Origin: Salpingoeca rosetta
Lineage: Eukaryota > Protista > Choanoflagellata
Reading direction: 5' to 3'
DNA: 64,000 bases
Assembly (NCBI GenBank): GCA_033442325.1
Contig: JAWQFM010000004.1
Location: 121,510-185,509, forward strand
The position numbers and the translations under genes were made by a program. Positions 1 through 31,578 of this stretch are shown piece after piece (within the stretch, counting starts at the first letter, position 1; each line of letters begins with the position of its first letter). The notes under the pieces were generated by a model, which saw nothing but the letters and a program-made list of their open reading frames with translations, did no database searches and was not told the DNA's origin.

Positions 1-36
<36 letters not shown>

Positions 37-38
<2 letters not shown>

Positions 39-177
39 GTGGGGCTGGAGACGATGATGGTTGCTTCCCTCTCTTTAAAGCGACCCTCGAGTAGTGTGAT
101 GTTCGTGTTATGTGTGTGAATTGTGATGCATTAAATGGCCCTAAGCCGTGAATCCTCGTACACAATCAACCACACAC
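37..177 (+). repeat. Dispersed repeat: inverted copy of the 3' flank of the nuclease-kinase gene (50924-51055)
   Basis: ttgtggggctggagacgatgatggttgcttccctc...gaatcctcgtacacaatcaaccacacac matches the reverse complement of 50924-51055, apart from two substitutions, a 2-bp indel and a 7-bp indel. Confidence 0.9.
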
Positions 178-912
178 AGACACACACACACACAACAACA
201 ACACACGACAAAACCCACACAGATACACACACACAGGCCTACATTTTGAACCGACTTCGTTCTCAGAAGCCCGTTGGTCAAGTATGTGCACTCTGGAGGG
301 CCGATTGAAGGCTCGAGGTGAAGCGACCATGGTTGATGCACTAACGCTGTGTACAAGCGGCACCTCGTACCGTGAAGGTGGAACGGCAGAATGGCGTGGA
401 AGATCACCGACAACCGAAACCAACCCACAAATCCTCCAGATCCTCTGCAGTTAAGTCTTCAGTTCATTCAAGGTTGACAACAACAATCACAGTTTCAACA
501 TCCGCAAACGAAAGAGGGCGCATCTCCAGTTCGCATTGTGTTGCTTGCAAGCACGACGCTTCTGTTGTGCAGTGCGCACTTCCCATTTCACCAGATAGAG
601 CCACACCAAGCGAACAGGTGTGGGAAGAGAGAGGGCGTGCGTTTTGGTTTTGAGGCGGTGTTGCACGCTGACGACTGCACCGAGCTTGGGTGTTGGTCGC
701 ACTCGCATGTCTTCGCGGACGCTCATCTGTGGCTGTAGTTGCTTTGGGCTTGCTTGTTCCCGACGCCGCATGTAGGATGTATGAACACCAAACACATCAG
801 TCGCCGTCATGCGTCGTTGTGCTCGTCTCCCTTCTTGTGTCATTCCGTGCCCTCATTTTGATCGGTGTGACCTGTCTCCCCCTGCCTATGTGTGCTGCAG
901 AACAAGCACAAG

Positions 913-2004
913 ATGCAGATTGCAACGCTCGCGCGGGTGGCCATCCTCCTGGCGGTGGCCACTGCAACGACAAGCACGTACGCCCTGCTTCCTGGCGAGT
1001 GGTACCCGGACGGGAGCACGGAAGCGCAGGTGTCTGGAACCGCTGTGGACTACATTGACCTTGGAACAGCACAGTACAACGCGCTCATCGACTTTGAGGA
1101 GTTCTACCTCAACTCCACGGTACGGCCCAAAACGCATGGCTGCCTGGAACTGCGTGTTTGCATGTGAGCATGTGAGCGAGGTGTGTGTTGTGAGTGTGTT
1201 GTGAGTGTGTGTGAGTGTGTCGTTGGACGCACGAATCATTCCACTGCTTTGAGCTTCAAAATATCGTTGCACTTATCGACACACGCACACATACACGTAC
1301 TGACGCACACTGACACACTAACACACACACACGCACACATACACGCACTGACGCACACTGACACACACTGACACACACACACGCACACCGACATCCCTCC
1401 CCCCTAAATTCCCGCTTTCACTTTGTTTTAGGGTACGTCGAGTCCAGTGACGTTTGCGAGCAGCACGTTCCGCCTCATGACGGAATACCTGGCGGAGAAG
1501 CTCACGGCGCTGGCCTTGGATACCCCCGACACCATCGTCATTGTGCAAGGCTTCGCTCCACGCCCCACAAACCCAACCCGCCCGCCGGAGCTCACCGACA
1601 TTGGCCGTGGCCTGCACATGCGGTATCTCAACAACGGTAGCCTCACCAACTTCCTCTCCGACTTGGCAAACCGCAGCATCGAGGCCGGGTTTGATTTCGT
1701 CGCCATCCCGGGCCAGGGCAGCTACGTCAACGTCAGCGTGCCAAACGTCAACTGCGGCCGAAGCGCGGTCGACCTGCTCTTCATCCTCGATGGCTCCGGG
1801 TCCATTGGCTCCTCAAACTTTGAGACCATGCGCCAGTTCACCGCCACCGTCACCTCGTTCTTCGACGTTTCGCCCGACACCACGCGTGTTGCACTCATGG
1901 TGTACTCGTCAAGCGTGACGGAAATCTTCGACTTCAGCTATGTCCTCTCCAATACCAGGGACGAAATCATCACCACCATTCGCAACACCAACTACCCAGG
2001 CGGT

Positions 2005-2072
<68 letters not shown>

Positions 2073-3241
2073 AAACGTGTACATGTGTGGGTGTGTGTGC
2101 AAACGTGTGCATGTGTGTGTGCTCCCTGTCCCATCATGGGTGCTTGCCCGCGTACCTGCTTGTGCCACACCATCTTTGGTGCTCTTCGTGTCATCTGCTC
2201 CCCCATCCTCACCTTCTCCTTGTAATGCTCTTGCTTTGTGAAAAGGCGGCACCCGCACTGGAAGTGCCCTCGACTACGCGCGCACCAACATGTTCCTCAC
2301 ATCTCGCGGCGTGAGTTCCTGCACTATTGTTTGTCTTTTTATCCTGTGTGAAATGAGCAACACCTTCGTTTTGCCTTTCTCTGTCTCTCACATGTGCTCA
2401 CTCTCACTGCTGAAACGTGATCCCCCACTACACACGTGCGCCACAGGCCCGCCCGTCATCAGCTGGTGTGCCACGAGTGGCCATTGTCATCATCGATGGC
2501 CAGTCTGGCGACTCTGTTGCTCAGCCTGCCGAGAACTTGCGCAATGAGAACGTCAACATCTTCGCCATCGGTACGCCCCTGCCGTCTTGCACGCGGGGGG
2601 TGCACGTGCACATGTGTTTGGGCCTGCGTTTGTTTTTTTTGTTTTTTTCTGCATGCACATGGCACACTACCGATGCATGTGCGTTCCCCCACGCCGATAC
2701 ACACACACTCTCTCACTCACTCTCTCTCTCTCTCACGCTGCTGTTCGCTCGTTGGTTGCGTGCAGGCATCTCTGGTGCGGATGTGAATGAACTCAACATG
2801 ATTGCAAGCCCGCCCATCACGAACAACGTCAAGTTCATTGACACATTCCAGGCGTTCAGCCAACTCCCCGCAGAAATTTCCCGCGCAAACTGCGAGCAGC
2901 CGGCCGTTGTCAGTGCCACCGATGAGGTATGGGCGGCGGCCTGGCTGTGTCTGTGCGTGTCGTGTGCCACCGCACACATACACACACAAATTTTGTCTTC
3001 TTGCCTTGCTTCCCTGTCTTATGTTATCGTGCATGCCTCTTGCCTTTCCCCTGGCTCATCGCCCAAACCCACCCGCTCCCCTTACTCACGTGGCTTCTAC
3101 GAACTGCACGTTCAAATCCAAATCAACGACACGCAGCGTTCAGATCCAAATCAACGACACGCAGCCTGGTGAGATTCGCTTCTTCCGACCAAACCCAGTC
3201 AACCTCTTTGACAACGAGACGTACGTCATTTGCTAGTGCTG

Positions 3242-3323
<82 letters not shown>

Positions 3324-6300
3324 GTCTCTCTGTCTCTCTGTCTGTCTGTCTGTCTTCCTCTCTACCTCTCTACCTGTCCATTGCGTGTGATGAGCTGGCG
3401 ATGCCTGCGCCATTACGTGTTAACTGTTCCAAGCACACAACCACAATCACCCCCCCCCTTTTCTCACACACACCTCCCCACCGCCACCTACTTGGCAACT
3501 GCGACCCTTGGTTCGCTTCAACAGCGACGTGTTTGTGAGCGTGACCTCGCCCAACCCGGGGCCCTTCAACTTCGACTATGTCATCATGAACGACGAGCCC
3601 CTCAAGACACTCAATGTGCGCAAGACATCCAGCCAGGTTGTCTCCATTGCCGTGCGCAGTCGCCTCACCCTCCTCGGCCGTCGCCGCGCAGAGGACACCA
3701 TCAGCTATCGCCTCCGCGTCTTCAACGACCTGTTCAACGGGCCAGCCTCGCACACCATCATGGTCACGCCCGCCCGCAACCAGCGTGGTGCCCCCATCTT
3801 CGACGCGCCAGAGGCCATCAACTTCCCCGGGTACAGCTTCACCTATACCCTGACAGGCCCGGGCAGCAGCATGTTCGACATTGACGCCAGCACGGGCCGC
3901 ATCACCCTGCGCGATCCACTGCCAGATGGCACGCAGCACGTCGTCACGCTCACGGGCACATCCGGCAGCATTGTGGGCGGCCTTGCGCTCATGGTCACCA
4001 CGGGCCAGCCCACAGCAGAAGCAGCAACAGCACCATTCACGGATGTTTCTGCGACTGCGCACGGCGACCTGCACATTTTGACCACTTCGGACGCGCGGGT
4101 GTGGGCACCATGCAGCACAGCGGCTGACATGGGTGCCCCAGCGGTCGCTCCTTTCCCAACTCTCTTCGTGGGGGAGGTGGACCTGCTACACGCACTGCGG
4201 AACATGTCTAATGTCGCGCGCAGCATCAACACGTGGGCCATGCAAGAGGAGACACGGCTGTTTCCTGCAGCCGACGAAGACACCCTGCTGCAACTCCAGG
4301 ATGCGAGCAAAGCTGCAACCACATGGGCAGCTGCTTCCCTCATGCCAGCGTGCACACCACGATCGAATGATGCAGCTACCCTGCCGGATCACGCTGGTTG
4401 GCTAGAGACGGCCGACGATGGCACACTGCATGTCGTCACCCAGGGGAGCTTGCGCTTGCACATCCCTCGCACCGGCACGCTGCGTGTGGGAGATTTCGAT
4501 GTCGTTGCCGCCTTGGTCAATGCAAGCAACACGCTGGATCGGCTGCGTTTTGGCATCACCGATACCTTGCCATCGTCCTTCACAGAGTCGTTCCCAGCCG
4601 AGGCAACAGCCATCGGGCTGCCACTCTCCAACACCCATGATGGCACCGATCCCCCTGCCTTCGCTTCAACCGACAGCCTGCCATTCACGGGCATCGCTGT
4701 TGATGACAACAGCGGCGAGCTGCACATGTACAGCGAACGGGATGTGTGCTTCCTTCACACCGCCCACGATGGCAGTGCAGAAACAGATGCTGGCGATGGT
4801 GGAGCACCACGTGTTTTGGTTGGTGGCGTGGACATCGCTGTCGCTGTCATGAACGTCACGGCCTTGATCAACACCATAGCGACGCCACTGCAAGCGCTTC
4901 TCGACGAGGCCAAATTGACGCTCGACTGCAGCGACCCTGCGTCACGCAACCCCATACCCACCAGCGGCGTGTCACAGGTTGGAAGCGTCGTCAACTGCTG
5001 CTGCCCAGAGCTCACCTCCCTCCGCCGCGTGCTCGGTGACGTGCATATCGCCACGGCTGCAACGAGCGCCGATGTTGGGGCGCTGCAAGACGTGCTGGGG
5101 AGCATTGTGCTGTCCGGTGGGCAGCTTGCGTCAATGGACTTCGGTGCGCTGCGCACAATTGGCGGGCACGTGCGCATCACAGGGGCGCCCCTGACCTCCA
5201 TCAACCTCGGTAGCATTGTGTCGATCGGCGGTGATCTTGACCTGCGTGACAACACGGCTCTCACCTCCGTCTCCTTCGGCGACATCACGTCCATTGGCGG
5301 GACAGTGCTACTGCCACGTGACACGCCGGGCATTGGCACGGTTGACTTCAGCCACGTTCGCGTCATCCATGGCGATGTGGACCTGACACGAACCGACACG
5401 ACGCAGGTGCTGTTCGGTAGCCTCACGCACGTGGGCGGCACGATCACCATCGCTTACAACGCCATCACCAACGTTGACTTTTCAGACGTGAGCCACGTTG
5501 GCGGCGATGTTGTGCTGATTGGCGACAACAGCCTCGAGAGCGTGTTCTTCAACGCCCTCACACGCGTGGATGGCAGCTTGATCGTCCAGGGATGCACAGC
5601 GCTGTCGCAAATCAACACGTGGGAGCTGCATCACATTGGGGGTGATCTGCGACTGAGCAACAATGTCATGCTGCTTTCCGTATCCACAGCTGCACTGCGC
5701 ACCATTGGTGGGGACTACGATGTGCGGCACACTGCCGTGAGTGCCGTCACCCTCACGCAACTCACCAGGTTGGGCGGCATGCTATGGGTCGACCATGACC
5801 TCTTCACGACCATCAACCACGCTGAACTGGCGGCGGCTGGTGGCGGTCTCGGCGTGTGCTGCGGCGGTCCGAACGTGGACACACTCAACCTGTTTCCGTT
5901 CCTCTTCCCCTATGGCATTGGTGTGGACTCCATGGCGGGGTTGCGGTCCCTGAGCATCGACAGCAGGACGGTGGTGAACGGTTCGCTCGTCATCACCAAC
6001 AACGCCGCGCTCACAGCAGTTTCGTTCCACAACGCCATCACCGCCATCAACGGGCATGTTGAGATCACCTCAAACCCGATGCTGGCCTCTCTCCAACTGA
6101 CATCTGTCGCCCACATCCGTGGCGACGTGACAGTCACGCGCAACGCCATTATGAGCACGATTGCGTTTCCGCTCCTCACCGCACACAACCACAGCCTTAT
6201 TCTGGAGTACAACGACTTGGCTGCCGTCGACATTGGCGAGCTCACGTACCTGGGTGGCTCTCTCAGCCTCTACCGCAACAACCTGGGCTCGTTTGCCTTG

Positions 6301-6642
6301 ACCGACCTGCAATACATTGGCGGTGACCTGAGCATGGCTTACAGCACCCTCACCACCGTCAGCTTCGGTGCGCTGACGTCTGTGGGCGGGTACCTCCATG
6401 TCGGTTACAACCCACTTCAGCGCCTCAATTTCGCCAACATCACGCGAATCGGTGGATACGTGGCTGCGCAGGGGGCGGCGCTGAGTGCTGTCGATTTTGG
6501 TGCACTCACAAGTGTCGGTGGCATCCTCAACTTTCGCGCCAACGTGGGCCTAACCTCTGTTGACTGCCACAGCGTCACTGCCGAATGCATCGCCTTCAGC
6601 ACCGCGGCCTCCCTCTTCAACTGCCCTAAGCCGTGCGATTAG
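913..6642 (+). CDS. Secreted multidomain protein: VWA + cadherin-like + 3 cubilin-NTD-like repeats + receptor-L-domain-like beta-solenoid (spliced, about 7 exons)
   Basis: Signal peptide [43 protein letters not shown], then GGTRTG and [11 protein letters not shown] across exons 1432-2926. [12 protein letters not shown] is cadherin-like. The final exon 3525-6642 has more than 20 LxSxxFxxLTxVGGxLxI repeats. No TM helix before the stop. Confidence 0.8.
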
Positions 6643-7178
6643 CGGCATGGTGAATTGTGGTAATGGTGGATTGTGGTGATGGTCGTTGTGGCGGAGGCGT
6701 TGATGTGTTGCATGAGTGTGGTGGACTTTGGCTGGTTTCTTTGAAGGGATTAATCGGATAGTACTCGAACTCCACAATGTTACACGAGAGAGAGAGAGAG
6801 TGTGTGTGTGTGTGTGTGTGTGTGTGCTGACTTTGGTTCTCGTCATGGCAAGTCGTTCCCCATGCCCCAACCTTCCGCACGCACATGCACACACAAACAC
6901 ACCCACACAACATGAAGCGCTCGTGTTCGCGCTTTTCATGCACTGTGTTTAGTTGACTTGAATAGCAGAGCAAGTGAAAGAAGTCTAGAAGTGTACAGAG
7001 ATCAAGCGGCAAAAAGTGGTAACAAGGACAGGGGAACGCTGGAGGAACAAGGGCCACCACACAGAGCCAGGACAGACTTCAGATAACAGGGGCGAGGAGG
7101 GGAGAGATTGGCTGCTGACGCATGAGAAAGTGACATCACGTGATGGCTATTGACATGACATCACGGTGTGTGTGCGCA

Positions 7179-13207
<6,029 letters not shown>

Positions 13208-13513
13208 GGCTGTTGTGTTTGTGGTCCCTTGTCAACTTGATTTTTATGGTGTCGGGTAACGAGGCAGATGACTGCTTGCGGGCAGGCGTCCAGCATGAAC
13301 GCCCACACAACCAGCACTCCAACTGCCAATGCAATGGAACTAACGGGAGGAAGGGAGGAGATCACACAATCACATGTCACCACACCATACATCACACATC
13401 CACACGACACAGCACACAACAAAAGGAAAGCAGCAGAAGACAACCACCGATTCACCCTCTTCACTCGAAACGGAACAACACACACAACACGAAAAAGAAC
13501 GAGCAAAGCACAC

Positions 13514-24744
<11,231 letters not shown>

Positions 24745-25575
24745 GGTGGCTGTTGGCTGTAGCCGTCGCCAAGACGGGGTGTGATCGGGTGTCTTCTTGT
24801 GCTGTGCTCTTGATCCCACACCAATCCACAAAGCTGGCTGTTGTCAGTAATGGCGAGCTGACGTTTGTGGAGGGAGGAGAGGCAACTTGAAAGAGAACAG
24901 CTGTGCTGCGGGAGGCAGTGCGCAGTTCCTTTTTTTTGTTTCTTTGTTCGCAGGCAACGAGAGGCGTTTTGCAGGTTGATGTTGTGAATCGCGCCCACAC
25001 TGGTGCTGGACACTGACCGTTGGCTCAGTTTGCAGAAGTTTGCACAAGTGCCACGAAATTTTTGTCAAGGATGTTTTGCATGCATGCATGTTGTCGGCAT
25101 GTAGGACGTCGTTATGCCCCGGTGGTGTCGACAGATGGTTGGCTCAAACGCAAGTAAGACAATCTACGTTCACCGAATCCAACATCGAAGACAAGCAGCA
25201 TTAAAGATATGATGCCGCTTTGAGGTTGTCTTCAAGTGGCGAAGTGCACGTGGAAGAGGACTCCCTAATCAGTGATTCGGCGATAATTTGCATTTGCTTT
25301 CTCATGCTGTCCCGCACAACTGCCTCCACTGGTGGGCGCCAACCCCACACAACACGCACCTCACAACCGCAGAAACCTTTGCAGCACAATCTTTGTCCTT
25401 TGGTGTGTGTTGCTGTCCACACCCACGCTTCATTCAAGTGAAGAAGCTTGGGCGGCAGTGCGGGTTTTGATCGTTTTTCTCGCTCGCTTGCTTCCTTCGT
25501 TTTGTTGCCTTGCTTGGTTGAGAGTCAACGACCACCGCCAGAAGCACACCACCACCACCACCACCACCAGCCAAT
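24745..25575. promoter_or_regulatory. Putative bidirectional promoter between the two dermatopontin-domain genes
   Basis: About 830 bp of microsatellite-poor sequence between divergent ATGs at 24744 (-) and 25576 (+). Confidence 0.55.
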
Positions 25576-25729
25576 ATGATGAGGATGGGCGGCCACCTTG
25601 TGGTTGCCTTGCTCCTCTTGGCAAGCGTTACTCCAGCGCAGGCATACGTCAACTGCTTCGGTGTGTGTGTGTGTGTGCATGTGTGTGCATGTGTGTGCGT
25701 GTGTCTGTGTGCGGTCGTGTCTGTCTGCT

Positions 25730-25826
<97 letters not shown>

Positions 25827-28800
25827 NNNNNNNNNNNNNNNNNNNNNNNNNNNNNNNNNNNNNNNNNNNNNNNNNNNNNNNNNNNNNNNNNNNNNNNNNN
25901 NNNNNNNNNNNNNNNNNNNNNNNNNNNNNNNNNNNNNNNNNNNNNNNNNNNNNNNNNNNNNNNNNNNNNNNNNNNNNNNNNNNNNNNNNNNNNNNNNNNN
26001 NNNNNNNNNNNNNNNNNNNNNNNNNNNNNNNNNNNNNNNNNNNNNNNNNNNNNNNNNNNNNNNNNNNNNNNNNNNNNNNNNNNNNNNNNNNNNNNNNNNN
26101 NNNNNNNNNNNNNNNNNNNNNNNNNNNNNNNNNGTGTGTGTGCTCGTGCGTGAGGACTTGTGATCGCTTCATCGTTTGCTTCTTCGTCGGCTGCATCGCT
26201 TGTTAGATCACTCGTTGCGCCTGTTTAAGCTCACTCACCGCCCCTCCACCCTTATACCGGTTGATCGCCTTCGTTCCACCCACCCACACACGCACACACA
26301 CACACAAGATTGCTACTTCAAGTACACATGCTCCAGCAGGCGCGCGCTGTATTCCCTGGCCTCGTATCACTCCAACAACCGCGGTATGCTCATCAGCTTG
26401 CAGCACACCAATGAGTGTGGCTATGCCTCACTTGTCTCACTGCTTGCATGCTTGATCTTGGTCCACGCTTACGACGTTCGCATGCGCCATCGCCCCATTG
26501 TTTCAAACACACTCACTCACACACAACACTCTCTCACAACACACACCCACTCACAACACACACCCCCCAACACTCTCTCACAACACTTTTATCTTCTTTC
26601 TTCTCCCTCCCCCCCCCCTCTCCCCTCCCCCCTCTCCCTTCCCCTTGCATCACCAACGCACCACCAGAGGATCGCCGCTGGGCGTTTGGATGCTCATCTG
26701 CTGGCGTTGGCACGACAAGCAGCACATCCTCCTCGGGGGCTCTCGATTACAACCAGTATGATCGGCCCGTCTCCTTCACCTGCCCAACAAACTACTATCT
26801 CACCACCCTCGAGTCCACGCATTCCAACAACAAGGAAGACAGGTGAGTGTGCTGTGTGCATATGTCTCATCTTTGCTTTGCTTGTTTGCTTGCAGGCACG
26901 CATGTCATCGCAATGGCTGGTGGCCCATCAAGTGTTTCTCCACACATACACACCTCACACTCACACTCACACACAACACAACGCATGCACTGTTGCACTG
27001 CAGGGTGTGGCGATTCGAGTGCCGCAGGATCGCAAACGCATACCTCAGGGGCTGCTCCACCACGGGCTATCTCAACAACTTTGTGAGCTGCCTGCAACTC
27101 ATTGAAACCATGGGCCTTGGTGGCCATGTACAGATACACGCACACACACTCGCACAAACACCATCGTTGCTGATTCACATCAACCACCCACGCATATCCT
27201 TACTGCGCTGCGCGATTGGATGTATTGAAAGGATCAACCCCTCAGCTTCACCGCAAGCAACGACCGCATCATCACTGGACTGCATTCCTATCACCGTACG
27301 TGCAAAGCTGGCGTGCTCGCATGGTCTCTCCAGTAGATGGGCAACTGTCACGCAAGCACTCTAACACACATTCACGCACGCACTCCCACCCTGACACCCA
27401 CACACTAACACACATTCACACACGCACCCTGACACCCTTACACACACATACATACACACACTCTCTCTCCCAACTCTTGCACTCTTTGTGTCCCTGTTGA
27501 GCTCATCCATCTCCCTGTTTGCAATCCCGCAGACAATCATTACGAAGACCGTCGCTGGCGAGTGACAACGTGCAAGGTTGAATGTGATCTGAACGGCAAC
27601 TACGTCACGCGTGGCGACCGCTACTGCAACAGTCAGTTTGGACGCTGTGTGTGTGTGTGTGCGTGGGCTCGTTGCGTCCTCGTGTGCCGAGTGATAGTTG
27701 TGCCATGCTCGGCTGATTTGCTGTGTGCTCGTGCCTATTCCCCTCAGCCATACCACCAGTCTTTGTTCGTGTACATTTCCCTCTTCCTCCTATGTTGCCC
27801 TCACCAACTCGCATGCATACTGTACCGCCACCACAGCCATCAGTGAGACCACGCTGTCCCAAGGCTCATACGTCAACAACTTTCATGATCCATTCTATGT
27901 GTCGTGCCCTGGTAGCACTGGCATGTACGAAGTTCACAGCTATCACAAGTACGCTCGTTGTCCAACCGAAACTTGTGTCGGGAACGTTGAGTGGTTTGTT
28001 GTGGTGCTCCTCCTTGTGTGCATGGACAGTGACGTGGTCAAGTTTGCCGCACAGAACAGTTCGTCGGGGCTCAGCATCTCATCGCTGCATCTGCATATGT
28101 TGTGTCACATCACAGCAACTACCGAGAGGATCGGAGGTGGAGGTACTACTGCGGCTCAATCGGAGGCCCCACCGCCGGCACCAAAACAGGGTGGAGCTCT
28201 GCAGACTACTCGCTGCTCAACCATCACCACTACTTCTCCTGCCCAGACAATGCCTGTACGTGCGAGTTGGTGGGAGGAGGGGGATAGTGCGACTGGCATT
28301 GGGTGTGGAATGAGATATGCATCATGCGCTCGTCTAGTGTGCAACCAGGATCTTGGTATCTCAGGTGACCTTTCATCTGTACCCTCTGCGTTGTGTCTCT
28401 GCTGCTGTGCATCACGTGACCAGACACTCACACGCGCGCGCACAACACAAACCAAACAACCACATGCATGGCTGCGTTTTTGTGACAGACATGCGCGGGA
28501 TGAAGACTGTCTTTGTTGCTGATGCCAACGACCGCGTGTTCAGCTACCAGTGCCAATACATCACCTCCGCCACCCTCACAAACTGCTACACCCAGAACTA
28601 CCGCAACACATACGACAATCCGCTCTCCTACAACCCCGGCTCGAATAGAGTCCTCACAGGCAAGTGCTGCGTTTGGAACGCGCATTAAGTTCCATCACGC
28701 GTGTGAAGCTTGAGAGCCAGTGTGCCACACGATCCCACTTTCGGCTTTGCGTGATTGGTGTCCTCCACGTGTCTCACCGCTCTGCATGTATGTGCTTTCA

Positions 28801-29947
28801 TGATTTGCAGGATTCAACTCGTACTACAGCTCGCCCACCCGGGATCGTGCGTTCAACATCAGATCGTGCCAGGTACGGTCTTCATTGGCGGCCCCGTGTG
28901 CCCGTGTGTCGCTTGTGTGCACATTCGTCGCATAAGTTTGGTTGTGCGCGGCTGTGTCTACATTTTGCCGAACATGTGGTTTGTGTACGTCACGCCATTG
29001 AAGCTCCATCCATTTACAATGCGCTGGCTGTATGCAACGCAACCAGGTCTCCTGCGCCACGAACTACGTGTCGGACGGCAGTCGCGGATGTGTTTGTGAG
29101 TACCGCAGCAACAATTCAATGTCATGGGCAGGGGGCGGTCTCCTCTGTTCATTCGCGTGCACTCATGTGTCATTGACAAGAGCCAAAACACCGCAAGCCC
29201 GCACCCACTTCGTTTGTGTTTTTTTTTTTTTTTGTACACGTTTTCTCATTCACACATTCACACTCCCGCGCACACACTCGCTTCGGTTGCCAGTCAAACC
29301 ATGCCCGGCGCTGTCGCTGTCTTATGGCAGCCTTTCCGGCGACTGCCAAGGCTACCCAGGTGTGTGATCGTGTGAATTGATTGCTTGCATGCACTGGATG
29401 AGATGCCATAGATGGATAAATTACATGTGTGCTGTTGCCCCTCCTCGTACTTTGTCACCATGAGCTAATTCACTCAACAGTGGCACCAACGCTGTGTGCT
29501 TTTTCTGTGCATCCATGTCTTCCTTCGCAGGCGACGTGTGCTCGTACAGCAGCTGCAATGAGGGCTATGTCTTGTCTTCCACCGGTGTCACCCGCACGTG
29601 CCAGGATTCTGGCTCCTGGACAAACAGCGCTGCCACGTGTCAGCGTGAGTACCTTCCAGCGCTGTGTGTGGTTGTGTATGTGTGTGAGCGTGAGTTGGCG
29701 TGTGTGTCTGCTGAGTGTGAGTGCGTATGCGCGTGTGTGTATGCGCGTGTGTATGTGCATTCGTGGATTACGCCTTCGTCTGGTCAGCCTTCCTTCGTGG
29801 TTTTGTTCATCTTTCTATTGTTGCGTGCTTACAATCATGTGCTGCCGTATCCGTGACCTGACGTGACGTGTGTGTTTTCTAGGGGTCACCTGCGGTTCGC
29901 TGTCCCTCTCCCACGGCACCCTCTCCGGCAGTTGCAGCGGCGACTAC

Positions 29948-30011
<64 letters not shown>

Positions 30012-31538
30012 TTTGCTCGCTCGCTTGCTTGTTTGCTTGTTTGCTTGTTTGCTTGTTTGCTTTGCTTGCATGCACGTATCTTTTCTCTACCTTTTCCTGC
30101 GCCTGTAACTAGTTCCATTGCTTTGCCACCACTTCGTGTGCGCTTACTTCTCCAAACCCACACCACGTACATACATGCGGCCTCCGCCCCCTTTCTGGCA
30201 GGCGAGACGTGCACTTTTTCGCGGTGTGATGATGGATATGCCCCGACGTCTGGCTCGACATCCCGCACATGTGGTTACAACGGCTGGTCTGGATCCGCCA
30301 TCCGCTGCGAACGTGAGATGCCAGCGCCTGTTGTATGTATGTGCGCGCGCGCGCGTGTGTGTGTGTGTGTGTGTGTGCGTGTGCGTGTGCGTGTGTGTGT
30401 GCGTGTGCATGTGCCTGCCCCTCTGTCTGCGTGAAAAGCGTTGTGGATCATAAGCGAAAACAAATGTGCAATCACCATCGCAAACATCGCTGCCTGTGAC
30501 TACATGAACACCCCAACAGCCGTGTCCTGCCCGTCCCTTTCCATCAGCAACGGCGCCACCAGTGGCTCGTGCAACGGCGACTACGGTGAATCACTCATGC
30601 ACATGTGTGTGCGTTTGCACATGCGCATGTGATGTGCATGTGTGTGCGTTGGTTTGTTTGAACTGCCATCCAATATCAGCAGCTTCTGCCCTTCTTCGCT
30701 GGCACAATGCTGTGTGACGCACTTCCAACACACAGCGCACCACCAACCCTCCGCAACGAGACATCATATGCAACCACCACGCTCACCTTTGACTTGACAC
30801 GCATCCTGCCTTGGTTCGTCGCCTGTGATGGTTTTGCAGGCGACTCGTGCACGCTGCGGTGCAACGTTGGCTATGCATTGACACACAGCGACACGTCCAT
30901 CACTCGCACATGCACACAGTCGCAAGTCGATGGCAATGCGGCTTGGACCGGCAGCGACGTGGCATGCACACGTGAGTGAATGCTTGTGTGTGTGTGTGTG
31001 TGTGGCGAACTTGTGTTCTGCGGATGACAATGTGCACGGCGTATTTGGATATGTGCATCGCCGCTGCTTTGTGTTTAGTCATAGCACTCCCGCCCTGATC
31101 CGACGCTCATCTCACGTCCTCACGTGCGACAATGTGTCTGCTACTTGCAGCGATTGATTGTGGATCACTGAGCTTGTCCAACGGACAGCTGGCTGGCGGC
31201 TGCAGCGGCTCTTACGGTGCGATTCTGTTGCATGCGTGTGCGTGCGTGTGTGAGCATGTGCGATCACATGTGTTGTGCGACGACGACTAGCTGTGTGCAG
31301 ATATGTCATCTCTTTGCCTATCACCTCACACCATGCTCATTTGCGTTTTGTGTTTGCTCTTCTTGTGATCCCAGGCGATGCATGCACGTACGACTCGTGC
31401 AATACCAACTACGAGCTCTCCGAGGATGGTGATGCAACGCGCGTGTGTCAGCAGGACGGCAACGACGGCGTTTGGACTGGCACTGCCAAGACCTGCGAAC
31501 GTACGTCATGTGTATGCTTGTGTGCGTGTGTGCTGTGT

Positions 31539-31578
<40 letters not shown>

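Noticed and set aside
240-560. Unique sequence after the repeat, with short ORFs (372-653)
   Set aside because: No recognisable motif or splice structure, so no call can be supported.
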